Assembly: GCA_964016885.1 (NCBI GenBank)
Contig: OZ024753.1
Location: 23,684,001-23,748,000, forward strand
Length of the DNA stretch: 64,000 nucleotides
Direction of reading: 5' to 3'
DNA from: Eledone cirrhosa
Taxonomy: Eukaryota
Shown here: piece after piece, positions 44,158 to 56,720 of the stretch
Layout: each line of letters opens with the position of its first letter
Numbering within the stretch: the stretch's first letter is position 1
Notes under the pieces: model-generated
Databases searched by the model: none
What the model was told of the DNA's origin: nothing
Seen by the model: only the letters and a program-made list of their open reading frames with translations
Made by a program: the position numbers and the translations under genes

Positions 44158-44880
44158 CCGAGTGCAATCTCGGTGCCAATTAATGCACATTTTAAATAGG
44201 ATTCCTCCTTGTGTTGACTATTCAACTGGTTTGAGAGTTTGGTTCTACGTCTCATAAGGATTTTCCTATCTCTGGGAATAAGATTTTTGTGTCTGTTTGC
44301 CTTTTTCTCCGGGACAAACTTTTTGCATATGGTGTGTATCGTTGTCATGAAGTGTTGAAATTGTATGTTACTGTCTTGTGTGGCGGTATTTTCATTCCAT
44401 GTTCGCTTCCGGATTTCTCTCTTAATCTTTTTCCAGTTAGCCTTGTAGAAGTTAAGGCTGGATAACGTCCCGGAGCTTCTTGGTGGTTTTGTCTCTGTTG
44501 GTTTTCTTGGACCAAAATATCTACTAAGTTATGTTCCGAGAGAATTGTTGATGTCACATTTACATTGTGGATGAGCACTTCGTTGTTTGTAAAACAGAGG
44601 TCCAGGACATTTTCGCCTCTTGTTGGGAGGAGTATTGCTTGCTACATGAAGAGCCTGTGTGTGAGGGCCAGCAGGATTTCCGTCTGTCTCTGTTCTATTG
44701 ACGTCATTCCAGGGAGGACGTGGCCCTCAGGCCATTTGACCTTTGGTAGGTTGAAGTCTCCTAGCAGTAGAATGTTGAGACCCTGGTCCAATTTGTCAAG
44801 GACCTCTTCTATCCTACTTAGGCTATCCTCAAATTTACCCTCATGACTGGGGGCATCGGGCGGCCGATATGTGACACATA
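44158..44880 (-). mobile_element. LINE fragment: apurinic-type endonuclease domain and linker (CR1/Jockey-group-like), pseudogenised
   Basis: [44 protein letters not shown] motifs. Confidence 0.9.
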
Positions 44881-44884
44881 TTAC

Positions 44885-44894
44885 TGACATATAT

Positions 44895-44973
<79 letters not shown>

Positions 44974-44976
44974 CAC

Positions 44977-45032
<56 letters not shown>
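44885..45032. repeat. (TA)n microsatellite; first of many tracts (45632-45974, 50298-50819, 53749-53908, 54516-54751, 55005-55296, 55490-55975, 57780-57827, 59604-59715, 60510-60597, 60798-61690, 63177-64000)
   Basis: Direct reading. Confidence 0.95.
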
Positions 45033-45037
<5 letters not shown>

Positions 45038-45222
45038 GTTATGCACGAGTGCATTAATGTTTTCCAGGACACAGTGTACCGTGTAGTGGAATGTCAGCTT
45101 ACAACAGAGTGGTGCTCAACGAAATGCAGAAAAGAGGTGTATAATCCAGTTTAGCTATATTCCGGGGCGTGTATAAAGAATTAAAAAGAACAGAAAGATG
45201 CAGTAAAAGAGATTTATTTGGT

Positions 45223-45337
45223 TCTTACGTACGTTTCCATAGACATCTATTTGCCTAGATCTCGCTACATCTATAATATTATATATTTAGTAGAGCATTC
45301 GATATCCAATGCACAATCGATCCCATATCATCAGAGA
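45223..45337 (-). ncRNA. Type I hammerhead-like motif with long helix II insertion
   Basis: Minus strand: TCT-CTGATGA-TATGGG...~80 nt...TCTATG-GAA-ACGTACGT-A-AGA; palindromic helix III, GUA site; helix I only 3 bp. Confidence 0.5.
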
Positions 45338-45636
45338 TTATGTTTACCGCACCAGAATGTTCAGGTTTTTATAGGAATTCATGTGAAGTTGAAGTAGAGA
45401 AGAAGGACGATGTGACAAAGACGAGAGAGATAGGGGGGTTTTCATAGTTGTTGAGGTAAAACAGAGGGGAGGATGAAATATGATAATGAAGTCTAGATAT
45501 GGATTAGTCCAACTATGTGTGTGTGCTAGAGAGATGGTAGATGTTGATAGGTTTACGATCTATGATAAATGGAGGCAAGGGAGATAATGTCGAGTGACTT
45601 CTAAAGTATGTAGGAGGAGATGTTGTAAAGTACACA

Positions 45637-45698
<62 letters not shown>

Positions 45699-45707
45699 TA
45701 TATACAC

Positions 45708-45740
<33 letters not shown>

Positions 45741-45872
45741 CACATATATATATATATACACATATATATATATATATATACACACATATATATATATATA
45801 TATACACATATATATATATATATATACACATATATATATATATATACACATATATATATATATATACATATA

Positions 45873-45915
<43 letters not shown>

Positions 45916-45917
45916 GC

Positions 45918-45952
<35 letters not shown>

Positions 45953-46198
45953 TATATATATATATACACATATACAATTAAGTTAAAGATGTACATCCAT
46001 ATATGTATACTGAAATACTAGTATGTATATGAATACACACACGTATACATATGTAGATGTACCAAGTTTTTTTCACTGGTCACTTTACTGTGAGTGGCCA
46101 GCTATTCTGTATGTAAACAGACAGACAAACCGGTTTTTAGAGTCATACTGGTTTTTGAGGAAACACCTTTCCTCTATTCTCCAGAAAGCCAGACAAGG

Positions 46199-46243
46199 AA
46201 TATTGAACTAGTTTCGTTGTTGTTACAACTCATCAGCAATATT
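46199..46243 (-). ncRNA. Minimal type I hammerhead ribozyme, array copy 1
   Basis: AATATTG-CTGATGA-GTTGT-AACA-ACAAC-GAAA-CTAG-TT-CAATATT. Confidence 0.88.
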
Positions 46244-46666
46244 TACCTATCTTCCGGCCTCTCTAGAGAATCGTAAAAGCACATATCGTTATATGCTTTT
46301 TCTATGAAAATTAGTAGTGGGCAGACTAATTTGCATAGAGTGTGAGTAAGTACCGGTTCAACGGAGACGATAAAAACAAATAACGAAACGAAATTAAATT
46401 TCGTTTCGTTTGTAACTCACTTTTGTATGACTGACGCTTAAACAATTAAGTTAAAGATGTACATCCATATATGTATACTGAAATACTAGTATGTATATGA
46501 ATACACACACGTATACATATGTAGATGTACCAAGTTTTTTTCACTGGTCACTTTACTGTGAGTGGCCAGCTATTCTGTATGTAAACAGACAGACAAACCG
46601 GTTTTTAGAGTCATACTGGTTTTTGAGGAAACACCTTTCCTCTATTCTCCAGAAAGCCAGACAAGG

Positions 46667-46711
46667 AATATTGAACTAGTTTCGTTGTTGTTACAACTCA
46701 TCAGCAATATT
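46667..46711 (-). ncRNA. Minimal type I hammerhead ribozyme, array copy 2
   Basis: Identical to copy 1. Confidence 0.88.
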
Positions 46712-47134
46712 TACCTATCTTCCGGCCTCTCTAGAGAATCGTAAAAGCACATATCGTTATATGCTTTTTCTATGAAAATTAGTAGTGGGCAGACTAATTT
46801 GCATAGAGTGTGAGTAAGTACCGGTTCAACGGAGACGATAAAAACAAATAACGAAACGAAATTAAATTTCGTTTCGTTTGTAACTCACTTTTGTATGACT
46901 GACGCTTAAACAATTAAGTTAAAGATGTACATCCATATATGTATACTGAAATACTAGTATGTATATGAATACACACACGTATACATATGTAGATGTACCA
47001 AGTTTTTTTCACTGGTCACTTTACTGTGAGTGGCCAGCTATTCTGTATGTAAACAGACAGACAAACCGGTTTTTAGAGTCATACTGGTTTTTGAGGAAAC
47101 ACCTTTCCTCTATTCTCCAGAAAGCCAGACAAGG

Positions 47135-47179
47135 AATATTGAACTAGTTTCGTTGTTGTTACAACTCATCAGCAATATT
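47135..47179 (-). ncRNA. Minimal type I hammerhead ribozyme, array copy 3
   Basis: Identical to copy 1. Confidence 0.88.
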
Positions 47180-47603
47180 TACCTATCTTCCGGCCTCTCT
47201 AGAGAATCGTAAAAGCACATATCGTTATATGCTTTTTCTATGAAAATTAGTAGTGGGCAGACTAATTTGCATAGAGTGTGAGTAAGTACCGGTTCAACGG
47301 AGACGATAAAAACAAATAACGAAACGAAATTAAATTTCGTTTCGTTTGTAACTCACTTTTGTATGACTGACGCTTAAACAATTAAGTTAAAGATGTACAT
47401 CCATATATGTATACTGAAATACTAGTATGTATATGAATACACACACGTATACATATGTAGATGTACCAAGTTTTTTTTCACTGGTCACTTTACTGTGAGT
47501 GGCCAGCTATTCTGTATGTAAACAGACAGACAAACCGGTTTTTAGAGTCATACTGGTTTTTGAGGAAACACCTTTCCTCTATTCTCCAGAAAGCCAGACA
47601 AGG

Positions 47604-47648
47604 AATATTGAACTAGTTTCGTTGTTGTTACAACTCATCAGCAATATT
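47604..47648 (-). ncRNA. Minimal type I hammerhead ribozyme, array copy 4
   Basis: Identical to copy 1. Confidence 0.88.
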
Positions 47649-48071
47649 TACCTATCTTCCGGCCTCTCTAGAGAATCGTAAAAGCACATATCGTTATATG
47701 CTTTTTCTATGAAAATTAGTAGTGGGCAGACTAATTTGCATAGAGTGTGAGTAAGTACCGGTTCAACGGAGACGATAAAACAAATAACGAAACGAAATTA
47801 AATTTCGTTTCGTTTGTAACTCACTTTTGTATGACTGACGCTTAAACAATTAAGTTAAAGATGTACATCCATATATGTATACTGAAATACTAGTATGTAT
47901 ATGAATACACACACGTATACATATGTAGATGTACCAAGTTTTTTTCACTGGTCACTTTACTGTGAGTGGCCAGCTATTCTGTATGTAAACAGACAGACAA
48001 ACCGGTTTTTAGAGTCATACTGGTTTTTGAGGAAAACACCTTTCCTCTATTCTCCAGAAAGCCAGACAAGG

Positions 48072-48116
48072 AATATTGAACTAGTTTCGTTGTTGTTACA
48101 ACTCATCAGCAATATT
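48072..48116 (-). ncRNA. Minimal type I hammerhead ribozyme, array copy 5
   Basis: Identical to copy 1. Confidence 0.88.
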
Positions 48117-48535
48117 TACCTATCTTCCGGCCTCTCTAGAGAATCGTAAAAGCACATTTATATGCTTTTTCTATGAAAATTAGTAGTGGGCAGACTAATT
48201 TGCATAGAGTGTGAGTAAGTACCGGTTCAACGGAGACGATAAAAACAAATAACGAAACGAAATTAAATTTCGTTTCGTTTGTAACTCACTTTTGTATGAC
48301 TGACGCTTAAACAATTAAGTTAAAGATGTACATCCATATATGTATACTGAAATACTAGTATGTATATGAATACACACACGTATACATATGTAGATGTACC
48401 AAGTTTTTTTCACTGGTCACTTTACTGTGAGTGGCCAGCTATTCTGTATGTAAACAGACAGACAAACCGGTTTTTAGAGTCATACTGGTTTTTGAGGAAA
48501 CACCTTTCCTCTATTCTCCAGAAAGCCAGACAAGG

Positions 48536-48580
48536 AATATTGAACTAGTTTCGTTGTTGTTACAACTCATCAGCAATATT
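48536..48580 (-). ncRNA. Minimal type I hammerhead ribozyme, array copy 6
   Basis: Identical to copy 1. Confidence 0.88.
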
Positions 48581-49020
48581 TACCTATCTTCCGGCCTCTC
48601 TAGAGAATCGTAAAAGCACATATCGTTATATGCTTTTTCTATGAAAATTAGTAGTGGGCAGACTAATTTGCATAGAGTGTGAGTAAGTACCGGTTCAACG
48701 GAGACGAGTAAAGTGACCAGTGAAAAAAACTTGGTACATCTACATATGTATACGTGTGTGTATTCATATACATACTAGTATTTCAGTATACATATATGGA
48801 TGTACATCTTTAACTTAATTGTTTAAGCGTCAGTCATACAAAAGTGAGTTACAAACGAAACGAAATTTAATTTCGTTTCGTTATTTGTTTTTATCGTCTC
48901 CGTTGAACCGGTACTTACTCACACTCTATGCAAATTAGTCTGCCCACTACTAATTTTCATAGAAAAAGCATATAACGATATGTGCTTTTACGATTCTCTA
49001 GAGAGGCCGGAAGATAGGTA

Positions 49021-49065
49021 AATATTGCTGATGAGTTGTAACAACAACGAAACTAGTTCAATATT
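49021..49065 (+). ncRNA. Minimal type I hammerhead ribozyme, inverted arm copy 7
   Basis: aatattg ctgatga gttgt aaca acaac gaaa ctag tt caatatt read directly on the + strand. Confidence 0.88.
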
Positions 49066-49488
49066 CCTTGTCTGGCTTTCTGGAGAATAGAGGAAAGGTG
49101 TTTCCTCAAAAACCAGTATGACTCTAAAAACCGGTTTGTCTGTCTGTTTACATACAGAATAGCTGGCCACTCACAGTAAAGTGACCAGTGAAAAAAACTT
49201 GGTACATCTACATATGTATACGTGTGTGTATTCATATACATACTAGTATTTCAGTATACATATATGGATGTACATCTTTAACTTAATTGTTTAAGCGTCA
49301 GTCATACAAAAGTGAGTTACAAACGAAACGAAATTTAATTTCGTTTCGTTATTTGTTTTTATCGTCTCCGTTGAACCGGTACTTACTCACACTCTATGCA
49401 AATTAGTCTGCCCACTACTAATTTTCATAGAAAAAGCATATAACGATATGTGCTTTTACGATTCTCTAGAGAGGCCGGAAGATAGGTA

Positions 49489-49533
49489 AATATTGCTGAT
49501 GAGTTGTAACAACAACGAAACTAGTTCAATATT
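49489..49533 (+). ncRNA. Minimal type I hammerhead ribozyme, inverted arm copy 8
   Basis: Identical to copy 7. Confidence 0.88.
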
Positions 49534-49956
49534 CCTTGTCTGGCTTTCTGGAGAATAGAGGAAAGGTGTTTCCTCAAAAACCAGTATGACTCTAAAAACC
49601 GGTTTGTCTGTCTGTTTACATACAGAATAGCTGGCCACTCACAGTAAAGTGACCAGTGAAAAAAACTTGGTACATCTACATATGTATACGTGTGTGTATT
49701 CATATACATACTAGTATTTCAGTATACATATATGGATGTACATCTTTAACTTAATTGTTTAAGCGTCAGTCATACAAAAGTGAGTTACAAACGAAACGAA
49801 ATTTAATTTCGTTTCGTTATTTGTTTTTATCGTCTCCGTTGAACCGGTACTTACTCACACTCTATGCAAATTAGTCTGCCCACTACTAATTTTCATAGAA
49901 AAAGCATATAACGATATGTGCTTTTACGATTCTCTAGAGAGGCCGGAAGATAGGTA

Positions 49957-50001
49957 AATATTGCTGATGAGTTGTAACAACAACGAAACTAGTTCAATAT
50001 T
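49957..50001 (+). ncRNA. Minimal type I hammerhead ribozyme, inverted arm copy 9
   Basis: Identical to copy 7. Confidence 0.88.
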
Positions 50002-50359
50002 CCTTGTCTGGCTTTCTGGAGAATAGAGGAAAGGTGTTTCCTCAAAAACCAGTATGACTCTAAAAACCGGTTTGTCTGTCTGTTTACATACAGAATAGCT
50101 GGCCACTCACAGTAAAGTGACCAGTGAAAAAAACTTGGTACATCTACATATGTATACGTGTGTGTATTCATATACATACTAGTATTTCAGTATACATATA
50201 TGGATGTACATCTTTAACTTAATTGTTTAAGCGTCAGTCATACAAAAGTGAGTTACAAACGAAACGAAATTTAATTTCGTTTCGTTATTTGTTTTTATAC
50301 ACATATATATATATATATACACACATATATATATATATACACATATATATATATACACA

Positions 50360-50403
<44 letters not shown>

Positions 50404-50416
50404 GATATATATATAT

Positions 50417-50481
<65 letters not shown>

Positions 50482-50488
50482 CATATTA

Positions 50489-50522
<34 letters not shown>

Positions 50523-50526
50523 CACA

Positions 50527-50562
<36 letters not shown>

Positions 50563-50570
50563 CACACATA

Positions 50571-50764
<194 letters not shown>

Positions 50765-50777
50765 TATATATATATAT

Positions 50778-50821
<44 letters not shown>

Positions 50822-50948
50822 AAAGTTATATTTAAATTGTTGGGTTACAACTAGTAAATATTTATAACTGATATAAAAGCACTCGACAAGTATTTGGAGT
50901 ATATTTACGATATTAAATAAATGGAAACTATATTTATAAAACCATATT

Positions 50949-51014
50949 TATTTCATTATATATATTTCAGGGATATCATATTAACAATATGCTATGCCTT
51001 CCTCAGACAAAATA
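50949..51014 (-). ncRNA. Type I hammerhead motif, left arm
   Basis: Reverse complement of 53642-53707. Confidence 0.7.
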
Positions 51015-53372
51015 CAATATAAACAGTTTTATAGATAAATAGATTTGACATACCGTACAACATCGACTTGTATTTGAAGAGTTGAATTGGCAGTGAAAAA
51101 ATTGTACACAGAGAGAAAGAAAGAGAGAAAAAAGGAAAGAAAGACAGAAAACGAAGAAAAAGAAGAAAAAAAAAGAAAAAGAAGAAATGCATGGAACAAA
51201 ATAGAGAGATGGAAAGATAGATAAAGAGAAGAACTTCATGTAAAGAAACATATATATATATATAGAGAGAGAGAGAGAGGAAATAGAGATAGATATATAT
51301 ATATATAGAATACTAGGTAGTGGGACGTCCGTTTAGTAAACGTATCAATGATACATTTATTTATTTATTTATTTATTTAGCTCTAGTATTAATGTAAGGG
51401 AGATATATGTGGTTAGGAGAGAAACCAGCTGTTATATAGAGAGACAAATTAAAAATAACCAGACATAGGCGAGGCATAAAAACCCTATGTTTTAATGTAG
51501 AGGTATTAGTATGTATAAAAACCAGCCACTATATTGTAAATATCAGTATTCCTCAATGAGACATGTATCCATAATGTGTGAAAAGTAATGATCTTATGTT
51601 TAGTTTTTTAAAAAAAATTCATATGTTTATGTGATAACTACAAACATCTATGTGAATTTACATGATCAACTCTGCAAACCCTAAGTTCACGGAAAACATT
51701 CTCATTGTGCTATAAAAATTTAAGTATACATATATGTGTATATATATATACACACATATATATAGAGTCAATATTACTACTATTCCTGTCTTTACTCTAC
51801 AAGATTATCTATCAAGCAGAAATAGAGAGCAGATTTCAATATACTAATAAAAATATATATCAGAAACAAAACCAAAAAATAACAATAATAATAATAATAA
51901 TAAATAATAATAAAATAGAAATATTACGAAAGAATATTACATATTAAAAATATTACATATTAAAAATAAAAATAAAAATATTAGAAAATACTACAATAAT
52001 AAAAATAAACCACAAAGATCAACCCTTCAAAATTAATTGACAATATATTGCCAAGTTCATTATAAGCATCAGAGTCGAAAAACAGATAAAGCTAAAAATT
52101 ATTTATCAAATCGCATCCAGCAAAAATCATTTCAAAAAGTTTAGGATGCCCATTTGGTCTAATCTAAAAATTCCCTTAATCTACGGACAAATTTATTCAG
52201 TTGCTGCAAACATAGATTAAACTCAACGTTTAAATATAAATTTAAATTTAAAATGTAGTATATTTAGTTTGATTTATAATTATATGGGAAACTAGCCGAT
52301 AAATCTTTCGATTTCTTCTTTTTATTCTTTTTATTTTTTCTTTTTATTTGTATTTAAACATTCTTCATGAAAAATTAAGCTACCCTAAAAGTTGATGCTC
52401 CAAATATTTCGAATAAACGTTACACTAGATAAACTTCTATATTAAATATAAGAACACATGTAGACCAAATGGGCATCCTAAACTTTTTGAAATGATCTTT
52501 GCTAGATGCGATTTGATAGATAATTTTTGGCTTTATCTGGTTTTCGACTCTGATGCTTATAATGAACTTGGCAATATATTGTCAATTAATTTTGAAGGGT
52601 TGATCTTTGTGGTTTATTTTTATTTTTATTATTGTAGTATTTTCTAATATTTTTATTTTTAATATTTTTAATATGTAAATTTTTTTAATATGTAATATTT
52701 TTAATATGTAAAATTCTTTCGTAATATTTTTTAGTTTTCTATTTTATTATTACTTACTATTATTATTGTTATTTTTTAGTTTTGTTTCTGATATATATTT
52801 TTATTAGTATATTGAAATCTGCTCTCTATTTCTGCTCGATAGATAATCTTGTAGAGTAAAGACAGGAATAGTAATATTGACTCTATATATATTTGTGTGT
52901 ATATATATATACACATATATGTATACTTAAATTTTTATACCACAATGAGAATGTTTTCCGTGAACTTAGGGTTTGCAGAGTTGATCATGTAAATTCACAT
53001 AGATGTTTGTAGTTATCACATAAACATATGAATTTTTTTTTTTTTTTAAACAAAACATAAGATCATTAATTTTCACACATTATGGATACATGTCTCATTC
53101 AGGAATACTGATATTTACAATATAGTGGCTGGTTTTTATAAATACTAATACCTCTACATTAAAACATAGGGTTTTTACGCCTCGCCTATGTCTGGTTATT
53201 TTTAATTTTTCTCTCTATATAACAGCTGGTTTCTCTCCTAACCACATATATCTCCCTTACATTAATACTAGAGCTAAATAAATAAATAAATAAATAAATG
53301 TATCATTGATACGTTTACTAAACGGACGTCCCACTACCTAGTTTTCTATATATATATATCTATCTCTATTTC

Positions 53373-53404
<32 letters not shown>

Positions 53405-53641
53405 CTGTTTCTTTACATGAAGTTCTTCTCTTTATCTATCTTTCCATCTCTCTATTTTGTTCCATGCATTTCTTCTTTTTCTTTTTTTTTCTTCTTTTTC
53501 TTCGTTTTCTGTCTTTCTTTCCTTTTTTCTCTCTTTCTTACTCTCTGTGTACAATTTTTTCACTGCCAATTCAACTCTTCAAATACAAGTTGATGTTGTA
53601 CGGTATGTCAAATCTATTTATCTATAAAACTGTTTATATTG

Positions 53642-53707
53642 TATTTTGTCTGAGGAAGGCATAGCATATTGTTAATATGATATCCCTGAAATATATATAA
53701 TGAAATA
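53642..53707 (+). ncRNA. Type I hammerhead motif, right arm
   Basis: TATTTTGT-CTGAGGA-AGGcATAgCATATT-gtt-AATATGaTATcCCT-GAA-ATATATAT-A-ATGAAATA; 8-bp helix I with 2 G-U pairs, palindromic helix III, AUA site. Confidence 0.7.
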
Positions 53708-53765
53708 AATATGGTTTTATAAATATAGTTTCCATTTATTTAATATCGTATATATATATATATAT

Positions 53766-53858
<93 letters not shown>

Positions 53859-53908
53859 CACACATATATATATATATATACACACATATATATATATATA
53901 TACACACA

Positions 53909-54515
53909 TGGTGGCTGCCAACTCGTTTTCGAGTACGGCCACTACTTTATATCCATGTAGAAGAACCCCTACCGATGCGCTGAACAAGTGTGACTTTTTA
54001 GTCCAACCAGCGACTTGAAAACTCTGGTACAAACACTACACTTGTGACAATTATTGACACATAGTGCTGGGCCCATGGTACCATGTGACGACAAGTTCAG
54101 AGAGATCTCCAGATATAATGTCTGTGCCGTGAAGCTTTTATAGTGAGCAAAAGCACTGCACAAAGTCAGTCCCACTCTCTTAACCAAGATGATATTTACC
54201 AAAAAGAAGAACAAGTCAACATCATTGGATACCATCAGGGTTGCAGGTGTTATATCAGAGTTTTCCTTCTCCTAGAATTCTGCCTTGACAAAGGCTAAGG
54301 GGTCATCTCTCCCAGTGATTTTGGATGGCCATTGACTCTTAAGAGCTCCTTTGCTCTTTGACAGGTTTTCTTTTTAGTCCTGCAGGATGTTCAAAGTCAC
54401 CCTCCTCACCAAGAAACCTTGGTGGGGTTGCCAGTTTAGTCGCCAATGACCCGACCATGGGACAGGTTGTACTGGGATACATGTTACCAGTAGCACCAAC
54501 TGGTGACCTGATACC
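53909..54515 (-). mobile_element. Probable internally deleted RTE-type LINE derivative (5' UTR-like part joined to 3' end)
   Basis: Minus strand has GGCAACCCCACC and CTAGGAGAAGGAAAACTCTGA (RTE 5' UTR-like, recalled) and terminal [17 protein letters not shown] finger-like peptide. Confidence 0.45.
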
Positions 54516-54751
54516 AATATATAACAATATATATATGTGTGTGTATATATATATATATATGTGTGTATATATATATGTGTGTATATATATATATATATAC
54601 ACACATATATATATATATACACATATATATATATATACACACATATATATATATATACACATATATATATATATATATACACACACATATATATATACAC
54701 ACATATATATATATATATACACACATATATATATATACACATATATATATA

Positions 54752-55004
54752 TTGTTATACTTTGGGAGGGTCATATTTGCGTAATATTGCCAGAATTAAT
54801 AACAGAACACACTCACTGTTTGGTTGGTTTTCGCTTCTCGCTGTATTTTATATCTGCGATCTAACTTACTCGGTCCTCAATGTTGCCATTGACTGACCGA
54901 CCGTCAAAAATAATATAGATACAATATAGACACAAACATATATATATAGTTTACATAATTTACATAAATCTTTCGTTGCACATCTGCAACATCGTCAGTG
55001 GTGT
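54752..55004 (-). mobile_element. Short unit related to the 62.4-63.2 kb family, with a degenerate hammerhead at ~54962-55003
   Basis: Shares ATTGTTATACTTTGGGAGGGTCAT with 62472; minus strand CA-CTGACGA-T-GTTGCA-GATG-TGCAAC-GAAA-GATT-TA-TG. Confidence 0.6.
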
Positions 55005-55011
55005 TATATAT

Positions 55012-55412
<401 letters not shown>

Positions 55413-55489
55413 TACCCACTCTACTACTTCAAGTATTGAGTACTTTGGTGCGTTATGGTCCACCTGGTTCCTTACCACATTTCCTTCGT

Positions 55490-55823
<334 letters not shown>

Positions 55824-55834
55824 TATATATATAT

Positions 55835-55978
<144 letters not shown>

Positions 55979-56012
55979 AGATTTGAATGGATACAGTTTA
56001 GTTGAAAGGAAT

Positions 56013-56133
56013 TTATTGACACGTGTTTCTATAACAGTTACATAACCTGAAAACAGCTGCTATCTACAAAGTGTTAGTTATGTAGACATTCAATATTTCA
56101 ATGTTATTATTTACTGTCATTTCATCAGAATAA
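56013..56133 (-). ncRNA. Type I hammerhead motif with extended helix II in the PLE 3' pseudo-LTR
   Basis: TTATT-CTGATGA-aATGACAGT...ACTGTTATa-GAA-ACACGTGT-C-AATAA; GUC site. Confidence 0.65.
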
Positions 56134-56720
56134 TATTACTGAGGGCCTGTTTGGTTTTTATACAGAATATTAGGAGGGAGGGGTGAAGTTGTTAGAAGAA
56201 TAGTTGAGGGAGTGGTTTTTTTGATAGCAGTGAGAATTTTTGGTGGCAGTGAGTAATTAGATTCCCATCTGTTGTTTTGACATTTTTATAGAATATATTA
56301 TTGGTTATTTTTCTAAATCTATAGAAGGATTAGAGATAGTAAAGATATGCGTGGTTGGTTTTGTGTTTGCACTTAATTAACATTCAGACTTAAATTTTTC
56401 TTTCAAGTGTACGTATCCTTTCACCCACGCATTCACACACAAACATAATTGCACACCTCTACAAAATACATATACTCACATTCACATAGTAACATGTTCA
56501 TACTTACATACATATACACATGCAAACATATATATATTCACACATGTATTCATGTACATACATACGCGCTCATGTGTATACATTTTTATACTCAACTTAT
56601 CTTTATATATACACGTATAGACACACATATATACATACATACTCTAGTCTATGTGTATATATATACGTGAGCTGTCAATCTACTGTGTGTAATATTTATA
56701 TTACAATACAACGGAAAATA

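Larger units (their letters stand above)
45974..50298. mobile_element. 468-bp hammerhead-containing tandem array (retrozyme-like): ~5.8 copies (45974-48707) plus ~3.4 inverted copies (48707-50298)
   Basis: ORF track repeats at 468-bp spacing (46023/46491/46959; 48988/49456/49924); copies differ only by small indels; one hammerhead per monomer. Confidence 0.9.
50907..53750. repeat. Large non-coding inverted repeat: arms ~50907-52161 and ~52460-53750, ~300-bp spacer
   Basis: Mirror ORFs 50992-51192(-) and 53464-53664(+); inner ends TTAGGATGCCCATTTGGTCTA / TAGACCAAATGGGCATCCTAA; arms similar but not identical. Confidence 0.95.

Noticed and set aside
46023-50177. Repeated 60-62 aa ORFs as a tandem small-protein gene cluster
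   Set aside because: No recognisable domain, frameshifted in copies 4-5; the conserved feature is the ribozyme on the opposite strand
54420-54515. Possible HDV-like ribozyme at the RTE-like 5' end (CCAGTT/AACTGG, GACTAA)
   Set aside because: Could not build consistent P1, P3 and P1.1 by eye; needs a descriptor search
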